64,000 nt of DNA. Source: Eledone cirrhosa. Its lineage: Eukaryota. A program made the translations under genes and the position numbers. The stretch is taken from the NCBI GenBank assembly GCA_964016885.1, contig OZ024743.1, positions 71,114,001 through 71,178,000 on the forward strand. The letters run 5' to 3'. The notes beneath the pieces are model-generated. The model was not told the origin of the DNA. It saw only the letters and a list, made by a program, of their open reading frames with translations, and did not search any database. The first letter of the stretch is position 1. Every line of letters begins with the position of its first letter. This document shows positions 11,489 through 24,291 of the stretch, one piece after another.

Positions 11489-12045
11489 CAGGCTGTTCTA
11501 TAGATTGGACTGCTGGGACACTCATTGTTGAAACCAACAGAGGTCCATTCTTCCCTTTGTTCATGGATTTGTATAGTTTTTGATACTAAAGTTTGCTGCC
11601 ATTCTTCCGGGTGTTTCCAGATCATTCCAGATCAGTCTTTACTTTAATTTGTTGGACCTTTTTTATAATGATTTGTCCACTATTAAAGATACTATAAACA
11701 TTTGAACTAACAAACTACATGAAACCACATTAGCAAGACGTTCTTGAAAAGAACCACACAGTACTATAACTGCATAATATTAAATTTTAAGTTTTTTCTT
11801 TAGTTTGCTGCACATTTTCACAACAATCTGTTCACTAGTAAAGATACTATAAACATTTGAATTATCAAACCACATAAAATCCATTAACAAGAAATTCTTA
11901 AAAAGAACAAAAAAAAGCTTGTGACAAATTGAAAATTAGTCTTTAATTGACTGCAAATATTCATTTGAATAAACAAACCTGTTCTTAGACATAATTTGTT
12001 AAATCCTTACAGGATGTTAAAAGCTCAAAAACAATCAATTGTTAA

Positions 12046-12384
12046 CCCTTTATTTACCAACCCAGCCAAATCCAGCTCTGGTTCTATGAAACAAAACCAC
12101 CTATTTTAAAGGTTTTCAATTTAAATAAAAATCTTCCAACATAATTTGATATAAGAAATGTACATTAAGTTACTACCTTAGTAAGGAAATAATTAATAAT
12201 TTTAGTAAATGTCTAAAAATTCTTCACTAATTAATTAAGATAGAGTGTATTTTATTAGAAATTTAGTCATGAAAGGGTTAAGTTACTATCTTAGTAATGA
12301 AATAATTAATCATTTTAGTAAATGCCTAAAAATTCTTCATAAATTAATTAAAATAGAGTGTATTTCATTAGAAATATGAAAGGG
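12046..12384. mobile_element. TTAA-flanked MITE (piggyBac-type ends) with duplicated right end
   Basis: TTAA|CCCTTT at 12042; AAAGGG|TTAA at 12277 and again at 12384. Confidence 0.75.
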
Positions 12385-12617
12385 TTAAGATATTCATCCC
12401 AGTTGTTCTACTCTCCACCCCAACACCAAGATCAGGATGATCAACACTGAGCGTTTAGCTATATGGTGGGGTGTCAGGAGAATCAACATTACCATCATAA
12501 AGAGAATACAGATGTTTGGTAATACCTGACCCAGGAAAATTCTTCAGATTCACTAGCTAGACATGATCTCAAATATTTATTTTTACTGTTCTAAGTATAC
12601 AACATAATATATATACA

Positions 12618-12664
<47 letters not shown>

Positions 12665-12819
12665 TTTAGGTAATTCCGAAGGAAGAGCAAAGGAAAAAAG
12701 AGTGCCCTGTGTATAGGACAGAGTTATTTAGTTAGATAGTGAACAACACAAAATATAACTACTCCATTACCAAAGGTTTCTGGATCCCAGACAGTAATAA
12801 TATACGTCTGGATCGGTCG

Positions 12820-12875
12820 TCAGACAGAGATGTTATGGATAAAAAATATTTTTTATCCATAACATCTTTGTCTGA
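12820..12875. repeat. 56-bp spacerless palindrome
   Basis: tcagacagagatgttatggataaaaaat|attttttatccataacatctttgtctga, one mismatch. Confidence 0.92.
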
Positions 12876-12987
12876 TATATATATATATATATATGCCCGA
12901 AACGTCGTCCCCACCCCCCACTCTCAAGCGTGAACACTTTGTACTGCACTCTTCGTTATTGTTTTTGTTTTAACTTATATATATATA

Positions 12988-13636
12988 TGAGAGAAGACTT
13001 CGTTGGTATGGCCACGTGATGCGCACGAAAGACGACAGCGTATAAAAAAGTGCAGGGCGATCAAAATTGATGGTAGTTACGGAGTAGGTAGATCCAGAAA
13101 AACCTGGGACGATCTGATAAATTCCGACCTTACACACTTGCACCTCTCTAAGACAATGTCACTGGACCGAGATCTTTGGCGCTACGCAGTAATACAGAAG
13201 ACCCGCCTTGCCTATGTACAAAGCGAAACCTACAGTCAGTAGGCACCTCTTAACCAAATATACACCCCAATCCACTACCCCTACCCTATCCTCCCACTCC
13301 CACCAACACCATCCTCTCTCTATAAAGTTGGTACCACAACATCCAGTCCAAATAAATGAGATAACTGAGATCGAGATCGTGTAGGTGTCACGAGAAAAAA
13401 CACAGTCCACGCTATAATGTGGCCGTGTAGGTAACACGGTAAAAAGTTCCCAGTTTCACACTGTAAATGTGGTTGGTGTTAGGAAGGGCATCCAGTCGTA
13501 GAAAACCTGCCAGATAGTCCTATATGAGCGAGACACGGTCACCCCACCAACCTTGCCTCAAGTGGGACAACTCCCGTCTAACCCATGCTAGCGTGGAAAA
13601 TGGACGTTAAACGAAGATGATGATGATGATGATGAT
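12988..13636 (+). mobile_element. 5'-truncated RTE-clade LINE (ORF C-terminus, 3' UTR, (GAT)n tail)
   Basis: ERRLRWYGHVMR, frameshift, GVGRSRKTWDDLI..DRDLWR; tail gacgttaaacgaagatgatgatg. Confidence 0.85.
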
Positions 13637-13689
13637 ATATATATAACATTACAAATTGCTCACAATTCTTTCAGAATAATATTACCAAT

Positions 13690-13880
13690 ATAATTGTTTC
13701 TACTTTTTGGCACAAGGCCAGCAATTACTCAGTACATTACTGGTACTTTATTTTATCGACCCCGTAAGGATGAAAGGCAAAGTTAACCTCGGCGGCATTT
13801 GAACTCAGACCATAAAGGGCCGTAACTCTTTGCTGCAAAGCATGGCGCCCGACCCTCTACCGATACTGCCAATCCATATT
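13690..13880 (-). mobile_element. Nin-type SINE, short subfamily
   Basis: Same core as the other copies. Confidence 0.92.
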
Positions 13881-14302
13881 ACCAATATAATGTCGTTGAC
13901 AAATTACTATTGCTAGGAACGTCACAAATATGACACACCAATATATAGGACCAGAGCGAGAGAAAGGGGAGAAAAAGAGGGAAGCAAAAACAGAAAGGAA
14001 AACGACCATCAAGTGCGACAATCGGTCACACATCAAATCACAAGGGGATCGAAATATTTTGAGGCAAGCCAATACGCTAGCAACGTTACTATGGCTGATA
14101 GGGTGGCTAAGGCGCTGAAAGAATCAGGCAGCCTCACGGGCATCACCTGACACCACGGTAAGGCAAGTCGCCAACGTTGACAAAACACTTGATTAGTAAT
14201 TAGGAATTGTGGCAGTGAACTCATCAATTGCCTGTCCACGAGGAAATTATTCAGAACCGATAGAAATTGATTGGTCACACCCTCTGAAAGCCTACATCAT
14301 AT

Positions 14303-14490
14303 AACTATTTCTACTATTGGCACAAGGCCAGCAATTACCCAGTACATTACTGGTACTTTATTTTATCGACCCCGTAAGGATGAAAGGCAAAGTCAACCTC
14401 GGCGGGATTTGAACTCAGATCGTAAAGGGACGTAACTATGCTGGAAAGCATGGCGTCCGACCCTCTACCGATACTGCCAATCCACCGCCA
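14303..14490 (-). mobile_element. Nin-type SINE, short subfamily, full length
   Basis: Core plus 5' head ggcggtggattggcagtatcgg on minus strand. Confidence 0.92.
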
Positions 14491-14491
14491 T

Positions 14492-14665
14492 AACACAAGG
14501 CAAGCCCCTCACCTGTAACCCACATGGGAGAAGGAAGAGAGGAAGGCCTAGAAATACCTGGTTGGAACATTCCTGGGGACAGTTGGAGTGAGTAGTCCAG
14601 GACTTTTGAGGGTTGGAGAAAACTTGTGGGTGGCCTATGTTAACGAGGGGGGACCAAGGTAAAAC
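14492..14665 (+). mobile_element. Decayed RTE-clade LINE 3' fragment (different family)
   Basis: NPHGRRKRGRPRNTW ... WGQLE ... GWRKLVGGLC. Confidence 0.7.
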
Positions 14666-14693
14666 TGAATTGACTGGCAGTCATTAGATATAC

Positions 14694-14990
14694 AAACAAT
14701 TTATATAAAGAAAAAAATAAAGTTATCACTGATTGAGACGAAGCGAGAGTGTATTTGTATACATATAAAAATGAGAAAACTCATCGCTAGAACAGCCATT
14801 AAAACAGCTAAATGCTGTCAAAGACAGTGATGAGCAAAAATGTCCATCTTTGCGTTAGATGTCTTTGACAGCATTTAGCTGTTTTAAGGCTGTTCTAGCG
14901 ATGAGTTTTCTCATTTTTATATGTATACAAATACACTCTTGCTTCGTCTCAATCAGTGATAACTTTATTTTTTCTTTATATAAATTGTTT
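14694..14990. repeat. Fold-back element, ~133-bp arms, 33-nt spacer
   Basis: 14694-14826 vs 14860-14990; one substitution and two 1-nt indels. Confidence 0.95.
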
Positions 14991-15714
14991 ATTATATGTA
15001 ATGTATTTAATGTTTAGGATTTACAAAAGAAACAAGTTAATAAAAAATGTCAGCCCCCACCCTTTCCCCCACCCAGAAAAAAGAAAGAAGGCATGCATAC
15101 TAAATTACATACAACAGGGAATTATTAACATTTTTCAGGCAAAGCCGAGACACTTACGGCATTACCGAGAGTGATAGCGAGGCTAAGGTGTTGAAATAGC
15201 TAAGTTTTCTCACAAATTCTTCAGACTATAATTATATACTTACCGAACACCGCCGTTTTATTTTGACTCTCTTCCGCACTGTTATTCGCATACGACGAGG
15301 TAGCCACGCTAACACACGAACTTAATGTAGCTGCTAGTAAGATCGTACCCAGATATATCCAAACGTTCATTTTCAGTCCTCTAAAAACATTCATCTTATA
15401 TATATATATATATATATGATCTCGGTTATTAAACCAAGGTTTGGGGTGTTGTTAGTTAAGTTATCTTTTAAAACTGTAGCCTGATACTTTAAAACTGTTG
15501 CTTGATACTTCCAGTGACGGACACTTAATAATTTAAAATTAAAGTAATTGTTTTTTCCACTTTTTTCTTCACTTCCTTGCTTAGTCACACTTTTTATATG
15601 AAAAGAAAAAATGGGAAATACGTAAATCCGTTGAAATAACACCCCCTCCTTTTTCTCATCTTTTTAAACCACTAAACTCTCTCTCTATCTATTTCTTATC
15701 TGACAGCTTAGCGT

Positions 15715-16003
15715 CACCACTACACTCCCAAATAGATCACTACCACTACCGTCATACTATCGACGAAAACTACCACCACCACTGATATCAATACCACTAC
15801 CACCACCACTGATATCAATACCACTACCACCACCACCACCACCACCACTACCGCATATATCAACACCACCACCATTTCTTCACTGTCACGGCGACGACGA
15901 CCACCATCACCACCACCACAGATATCAATAGCACCACTACCATTTCCGTCACTATAACCACCACCACCACAGATATCAACACCACCACCATCACCACCAC
16001 CAC
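15715..16003. repeat. Degenerate (ACC)n-based repeat with gatatcaata units
   Basis: Direct reading. Confidence 0.85.
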
Positions 16004-16194
16004 GAGAACAAAGCTTGATTAGTGATTCCTCCACCGACAACCCCTGCCCTTCCTCATACCATTATCATTCTCCTCTTTCATTGCCAATCCTTTGTCATGT
16101 TTATTTGTATATGTATCCCCCTCTCTCCCTATATATAATATATATATATACACATATATGTGTGTATATTAATAGTCTTGATTAGTTATCAAAT

Positions 16195-16360
16195 AATGTT
16201 TCTACTTTTTTGCACAAGGCCAGCAGTTTTCCCAGTGTATTACTGGTACTTTATTTTATCGACCCCATAAGGATGAAAGGTAAAGTTAACCTCGGCGGGA
16301 TTTGAACTCAGTCCGTAAAGGGAAGTAACTCTTTGCTGCAAAGCATGGCGTCCGACCCAT
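16195..16360 (-). mobile_element. Nin-type SINE, short subfamily
   Basis: Same core. Confidence 0.9.
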
Positions 16361-16704
16361 TAATTTATTATATTAAAACATTCTGTCCTCATGTTTGCCA
16401 AGCTGTTGATCGGAGATTTTTTTGTTCAGCTCATGTTAGTCTGGAAAATTATTGACAGCAATAAGGACCCTTCACTTATGTCATGTCCTTGACACAACTA
16501 GAGGGTCCTCGCAACCCTATGTTTTCTTTTCTTTCCTCGTAACCATTGAAAGAGTTGCAGGGACGTTGTTTTGACATAGGGTATTGCTAAATCATTTAAA
16601 GTCTGGCGGAGCTCATCCCTCTCCAGGCCTGAGTACAGCAGATTTCTTCCAGAGAAGGACAGAGAGTAAGAGAAAGGAAGTGAGAAAGAGATATAGAAGA
16701 AGAA

Positions 16705-16860
16705 TCAACCCCTGTACTTGACTGGTACTTATTTATCGACCTTGAAAGGATGAAAGTCAAAGTTGACCTCAGTTGGATTTGACCTCAGAGAGGAGATACA
16801 ATTTGAAATGAATACTACAAAGCATTCTACTTGACATTCTGACAACTCTGCTGATTATAT
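16705..16860 (-). mobile_element. Older diverged Nin-type SINE
   Basis: actggtacttatttatcgaccttgaaaggatgaaagtcaaagttgacctc. Confidence 0.75.
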
Positions 16861-16883
16861 CCATATAATATTACATCTATGGA

Positions 16884-17157
16884 AAGGTGTATGACTTAGT
16901 AGTTAGATCGTTGGGATTGCAATCATGAGGTTGTGAGTTTGATTCTCAGACTGTGTGATGCATCATCTCTTAGAAAGACAATTTATTTTCAGATTGTTCC
17001 AGTTTACTCAGCTCTAGAAATGAGTTGCGACGTCTCTGGTTCCAAGCTGTATCGGCCATTGCCTTTCCCTTGGACAATGGTGGTGTGAAGAAGAGAGACT
17101 GAGATGTACGGTCTACTGCTGGTCTTTCACAAACAACCTTGCTTTGACTTGTACTTC
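16884..17157 (+). mobile_element. tRNA-derived SINE interrupted by the LTR element (resumes 19752-19800)
   Basis: Head gacttagtagttaga...gagtttgattctc; body appears continuous across the CTTC duplication. Confidence 0.65.
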
Positions 17158-19751
17158 TGTAGCGAAATCTGTCCGCGCCTTGAACTTTGGGTGATACCTA
17201 AAGGTTAAATTCTAGATCAACACCCTTTTTGGTGTAGACAGGTTGATGCGTTAGCTATCCCCTCAAGGTGGGGAGACAGGAAGCGATAGCTATATAAAGC
17301 CTATATTTTCCCACTTTACACACAGAGACATCGGAGCGATAGGATACACAACTAACTATGTAAAGATTAACCACTAACTTCAGACCCCAGAGGTCTACAG
17401 AAAAGCCAGAGACATCGGAGCATTATGCTAGCAACTAACTATGTAAGGATTCACCACTATCAACAGACACCATGGGGTTTACAGATACACACACAGAGAT
17501 TGGAGCTCTACTACTACAGACCATGTACAAGCCACAGTGGTCTACCACCAATTACAGACCATTCAGAGATATACAAACCATATCTCTTTCTCTCTTACTA
17601 ACTACGGTCTCACAACTACTACCACGGACTCCAAATTCCAACAACAACAACAATTATCTGTCGCTCGCTGTTTTCACACCAACAACAACAACAGACTACA
17701 ACAACAATAACTACATTAACAACTCTTGGTATCTGTTTTATATGTACTTTTTAATTGATTCACGTGAAGTAAACTATATATAATCAAATCATTTATTCTT
17801 TATATTCTCATTATTATACCTATTCTTACTATTATTGTTATTTCATCTAATAACTATGTTACCTCATCCAACATCTAACTAATATTAATTCATTTTAACC
17901 CTTCGTTAAATTGGTGACCTGATGTTTTAAAAAAAATTAAAAACAAAAACGAAGTGGTATTTTAAAAAAAAAAAAATAACACGCAGCTTATTTGATCTGA
18001 TCATGGCTTTATTTGCCAACCTCAGCAATATACAGTTACCAAACACTTCACTTGCTTCGTAACCTCCAACAACAACAGACAATTACTACTAGCTTCCTAA
18101 CAAGAAAACCATCATATAGGGAAGAGAAAATCGAACTTTTTTTTAAAGAACAATTATAAAAATATATATATATATATTTTTTTTACAGGTTATATATGAA
18201 TGTCATTTTTATATATATTTTTTTATTATTCGTTTTACTGTATTATATGCCTGTATTAATAACACGTTTTACATCAAACACACATCATTTTCCATGTTAC
18301 ACACCAACATGTTTTTGTCTGTGGTATATTCTGGATTCGGTTGGGTCTCTGCGGGATTACTTTTCGACTGGTCAAGGTACGGCGAAAGCTATGAAACACA
18401 TGATAATCAACCAACGGTTACTTTTAGCTCGACTCACTGAGCACGCAACTCAAAATTGCACACACTCATCTCATAGCATAAACCGCGACTCACGGGAAGA
18501 GAATCTTACGTATGATAATACATCGAGATTCAACTGGTCAAGATTCGACAATAGCTATTTAACACATGATAATGAAACCACGGTTACTTAATCGCTCGTC
18601 TCACTGAGCACGCAACTCAAAATTGCACACACTCATGTCATAGCGTAAACCTCGACTCACTGAAGAGAATCTTACGTATGATGATACATCGAGAGAAATA
18701 GTCCTCTGTGTTGTCATGTCGTAATCCGATACCGTAACCCATCCATCGAAACACAACAGTTCGAAAAACATGATCACAACTTCGTATTTTTACAGTTCCT
18801 TCTAAATGTTACACACTCACATGCGTACTCAGTTATACTATATTTTTTTTCTCTCTCCAAATTTCTCTACACTCGAAGTGCGGGCGCAGTACCCACATTT
18901 TGTGTGTTTTGGGACACGCTTCTAGGAATCGGATTCTGCTACCCCTTTTATAATCAATCGCTGCTCCAGCATCGATCTGGGTAGGGAACTAATGTAGCGA
19001 AATCTGTCCGCGCCTTGAACTTTGGGTGATACCTAAAGGTTAAATTCTAGGTCAACACCCTTTTTGGTGTAGACAGGTTGATGCGTTGGCTATCCCCTCA
19101 AGATGGGGAGACAGGAAGCGATAGCTATATAAAGCCTATATTTTCACACTTTACACAGAGACATCGGAGTGATAGGATGCACAACTAACTACGTAAAGAT
19201 TAACCGCTAACTTCAGACCCCAGAGGTCTACAGAAAAGCCAGAGACATCGGAGCATTATGCTAGCAACTAACTATGTAAGGATTCATCACTATCAACAGA
19301 CCCCATGAGGTTTATAGATACACACACAGAGATTAGAGCCCTACTACTACAGACCATGTACAAGCCACAGTGGTCTACCACCAATTACAGACCATTCAGA
19401 GATATACAAACCATATCTCTCTCTCTCTTACTAACTACTGTCTCACAACTACTACCACGGACTCCAAATTCCAACAACAACAATTATCTGTCGCTCGCTG
19501 TTTTCACACCACCAACAACAACAGACTACAACAGCCTTACATCAGCAGCAATAACTACATTAACAACTCTTGGTAACTGTTTTATATGTACTTTTTAATT
19601 GATTCACGCGAAGTAAACTATATATAACCAAATCATTTATTCTTTATATTCTCATTATTATACCTTTTCTTATTATTGTTATTTCATCTAATAACTATGT
19701 TACCTCATCCAACATCTAACTAATCTTAATTCATTTTAACCCTTCGTTAAA
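17158..19751 (+). mobile_element. Non-autonomous LTR retrotransposon (two ~755-bp LTRs, 1.08-kb non-coding interior)
   Basis: Direct repeats 17158-17910 and 18993-19751 starting TGTAGCGAA, ending TTCGTTAAA; TSD CTTC; PBS-like TGGTGACC at 17912; purine-rich gggtagggaa before the 3' LTR. Confidence 0.92.
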
Positions 19752-20138
19752 CTTCGGGGGAGAACTTTCTAGTCATTTCTGATCGAAGGAGGCCTTTATT
19801 CTTCTATTATATCTATATAATAATAATATGATATCTATATGATATATCAACATAACATATCTATATAATAGAAATATCACATCTACAAAAATATCTATAT
19901 CTATATATCATCAATTATTTCACCTCAATTAGCCGCACTCTCTTTAGCATTACACCAAAACACATTAAAGCAGTAACAGATCCCATAAAATTTAAAAAGA
20001 TCTTTGGAAAAATTCCTCCAAGAAATCCCGAATAACCCTCCTACACCCAGATATGTCTCTGTTACAATAACTTTCTACTTGAGTGGGCCATAGTGCCCAA
20101 ATCCTGATTTGAAAGACTTTGCCAGGTGGTGCTATTAA

Positions 20139-20357
20139 CCCTTTAGCATTTAAACCTGCCATATCCAGCCAGAATTCTCTCACCTCTTTCTGTTCAAACC
20201 ATCTGTAACTGACCACTCATACTAATGTTGAGGTATTGTTCTGAAAATAATTAATATCAAAATCCTAGATTCGATATTATGTGAGATAATTGTGTAAGAT
20301 AAAGACTTTATCGCAAAAATACAATAGTATATATAGATTAATGTAAATGCTAAAGGG
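20139..20357. mobile_element. TTAA MITE (piggyBac-type ends)
   Basis: Perfect 14-bp TIR CCCTTTAGCATTTA/TAAATGCTAAAGGG, TTAA at 20135-20138 and 20358-20361. Confidence 0.9.
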
Positions 20358-20916
20358 TTAAGTTAGACATGGCCTGAAAGCTGGCTGAAACCTATCAAAG
20401 TTATCAAAGTTATATATATAATAGAAAAGTTATCAAAGTTATATATATAATAGAAACGCAACAAAAGAATATTTCAAATATCTTTACTAATGAGAGATTT
20501 TTCACCATTTCCACCTGTTTGCCCACAGAGTGACCAGTGACTGACCAGTGAATGCCTCTCTGAAGCCAGAGTAGAGTTGTAGAAGAGGAAGTAGATCTAT
20601 CAAGACCTCGTTGAGTACTGAGAAGTAGGAGCTAGCAGATAATACACTAGGCAAGAGTCAGGTTTATGACAGAACTTATGTAGGGTTGTATTATTCTTAA
20701 GACTCACTTAGTTGAAACCTAGGACCACTGCAGAGACTAGAGGTACGGTGATTATTTTCACTGAAGTTGGTTGAAAAATTGAAGTGTCAGAGAGAGCCCT
20801 AAATTCTTGAAAACAGGGAACTAGCCATGGGTTAATGAGACCCAGGACTTATGTCCTTGCTTCATAGGGAGCAGATACAAACCTAACACATTGGATCATA
20901 GTTGGATGCAATTAAT

Positions 20917-21320
20917 AGTTTCTAATTTAGACACATGGCCAGCAATATGTGGTAAGGGGAAAGTTGATTGTGTTGACCCCAGTGCTTGAATGGTACTTTA
21001 TTTTATCAACCTCAGAAAGATGAAAGTCAATGTAAACTTTGGTAGGATTTGAATACAGAATGTACAGGGTCTGAACAAATACCTCTAAGAATTTGCCTGT
21101 GGTTCTAATGACCTTGCCAACCCACTGCCATAAATTAGGTGGAAATAATGATTTCTGATTTAAATAAAAGGTAAACAATTTGCGGGGAGGGAGGGAAAAG
21201 GCTATTAAATCGACCCCAATACGTTACTGGTACTATATTTTATCGACCCCGATAAGGATGGACGGTAAAGCTAACCTCAGCAATATTTGTACTCAAAATG
21301 TAATATGATACTGCCACTCC
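20917..21320 (-). mobile_element. Two diverged tandem Nin-type SINE copies
   Basis: tggtactttattttatcaacc.. and ctggtactatattttatcgacccc.. cores. Confidence 0.8.
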
Positions 21321-21382
21321 AAATAATAACTATTTTATATTTCTAACGTTATGATTAATAGTTCAAATAATTATAATCTTAT

Positions 21383-22850
21383 AGACAATAGCTTGATAGG
21401 TATATAGCTATTAGAAATTGTAGAGATATTGGTATAGACAATAGCTAGATACATATATAGCTATGGGCAATTGTAGAGATAGAAATATAGACAATAGCTA
21501 GATAGGTATATAGCTATTGGCAATTATAGAGATAGAAATATAGACAGTAGCCAGATAGGTATATAGCTATTGGCAATTGTAGAGATAGAAATATAGACAA
21601 TAGCTAGATAGGTGTATAGCTAATGGCAATTGTAGAGATAGAGATATAGACAATAGCTAGATTGGTATATAACTATTGGCAATTGTAGAGATAGAGATAT
21701 ACACAATAGCTAGATAGGTATAGAGCTATTGGCAATTGTAGATATAGAGATATAGACAATAGTTTGATAGGTATATAGCTATTGGCAATGGTAGAGATAG
21801 AGATATAGACAATAGTTAGTTAGGTATATAGCTATTGGCAATTGTAGATATAGAGATATAGACAATAGCTAGATAGGTATATAGCTATTGGTAGTTGTAG
21901 AGATAGAAATATAGACACTAGCTAGATCGGTATATAGCTATTGGTAATTGTAGTGATAGAAATATAGACAATAGCTAGATAGGTATATAGCTATTGGTAA
22001 TTGTAGATATAGAGATATAGACAATAGCTAGATAGGTATATAGCTATTGACAATCGTAGAGATAGCGATAGAGACAATATTTAGATAGGTATATTGCTAT
22101 TGGCAATTGTAGAAATAGCGATATAGACAATAGTTAAATAGGTATATAGCTATTGGCAATTGTAGAGATAGAGATATAGACAATAGCTAGATAGGTGTAT
22201 AGCTATTGGTAATTGTAGATATAGAGATATAGAAAATAGTTAGATAGGTATATAGCTGTTGGCAATTGTAGATATAGAGATATAGACAATAGCTAGATAG
22301 GTATATAGCTATTGGAAATTGTAGAGATAGAATTATAGACAATAAGTAGATAGGTATATAGCTATTGGTAGTTGTAGATATAGAGATATAGTCAATAGTT
22401 AGATAGGTGTATAGCTATTGGTAATTGTAGAGATAGAAATATAGACAATAGCTAGATAGGTGTATAGCTATTGGTAATTGTAGATATACAGATATAGACA
22501 ATAGTTAGATAGGTGTATAGCTATTGGCAATGGTAGATATAGAGATATAGACAATAGCTAGATAGGTGTATAGCTATTGGCAATGATAGATATAGAGATA
22601 TAGACAATAGCTAGATAGGTATATAGCTATTGGCAATTGTAGATATAGAGATATGGACAATAGCTAGATAGGTATATAGCTATTGGTAATTGTAGATATA
22701 GAGATATAGACAATAGCTATATAGATATATAGCTATTTGTAGTTGTAGAGATAGAAATATATACAATAGCTAGATAGGTATATAAATATTGGTAGTTGTA
22801 AATATAGAGATATACAAAATAGTTAGATAGGTGTATAGCTATTGGCAATT
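21383..22850. repeat. 53-bp minisatellite, ~28 copies
   Basis: gacaatagctagataggtatatagctattggcaattgtagagatagaaatata at 21490, 21543, 21596... Confidence 0.97.
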
Positions 22851-22998
22851 AATTATACAGATAGAATGAATAAATAGGTATTCACTAATTTGTTAGATAA
22901 GATAGTGAAAAGAATATTAATAAAAACTAATTTAATAAAGTTATATCCTGAAGTATTATTTGCATAAATATTTGTAAATGGTAAAATTAGCAAAGAGC

Positions 22999-24291
22999 AC
23001 AACCTCACCACCACCACCACCACCACTACCAGCACCACAACCACAACGACGACGACGACGAAGATCACCACCACCACCACTACCACCACCACCACCACCA
23101 CCACCATCACCACCACAACCACAACGACGACAACGACAACGACGACCACCACCACTACCACCACCACCACCACCACCACCACCACCACCACCACCACCAC
23201 CACCACCACTACCATCACCACAACCACAACAACGACAACGACGACGACCACCTCCACCACCACCACCACCACCACTAAACCACCACCACCACAACCACCA
23301 CCGCCACCACCACTACAACCACCACCGCCACCACCACTACAACCACCACAACCACAACGACGACGACGACGACGACGACGACGACCACCACCACCACTAC
23401 CACCACCACCACCACTACAACCACCACAACCACAACGACGACGACGACGACGACGACCACCACCACCACCACTTCCACCACCACCACCACTACTACCACC
23501 ACCACCACCACCACCACCACCACCACTTTCACCACCACCACTACCACCACCACCACCACCACCACCACCACCACCACCACCACCACCACCACCACCGCCA
23601 CCACCACTAACACCACCACCACCACCACCACCACTACCACAACCACAACGACGACGACGGCGACGACCACCACCACCACTACCACCAGCACCACTACTAC
23701 CCCCACCACGACCACTACCACCACCACAACCACAACGACGACGACGTCGACCACCACCACAACCACTACCACCACCACCACCACCACCACCACCACAATC
23801 ACAACGACGACGACGACCACCTCCACCACTACCACCATCACCACTACCACCACCACCACCACCACCACCACTAAACCACCACCATCACTATCGCCACCGC
23901 CACCACCACCACCACCACTACCACCACCACCACTACTACCACCACCACCAACACCACCTCTAACACCATCACCACCACCACCACCACCTCTAACACCACC
24001 AACACTACCACTACCACCACCACAACGACGACGACGACGACGACCACCACCACCACCACTACCACCACCAACACCACCACCACCACCACCACCACGACGA
24101 CGACGACGACGTCCAACACCACCACCACCACCACCACCACCACCACCACCACCACCACCACTACCACCACCACCACCACCACCACCACCACCACTACCAT
24201 CACCACAACCACAACGACGACGACGACCACCACCACAACCAGTATCACCACCGCCACCACCACCACCACCACTACCACCACCACCACCACC
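22999..24291. repeat. (CCA)n trinucleotide array with (CGA)n islands
   Basis: Direct reading. Confidence 0.97.

Noticed and set aside
13905-14300. Unique-looking segment between two SINEs with short ORFs
   Set aside because: No motif, termini or splice evidence I could support
17472-19598. Paired ORFs of 103 and 97 aa and the 131-aa interior ORF
   Set aside because: Inside LTRs or AT-rich interior; different C-termini; no domain motifs
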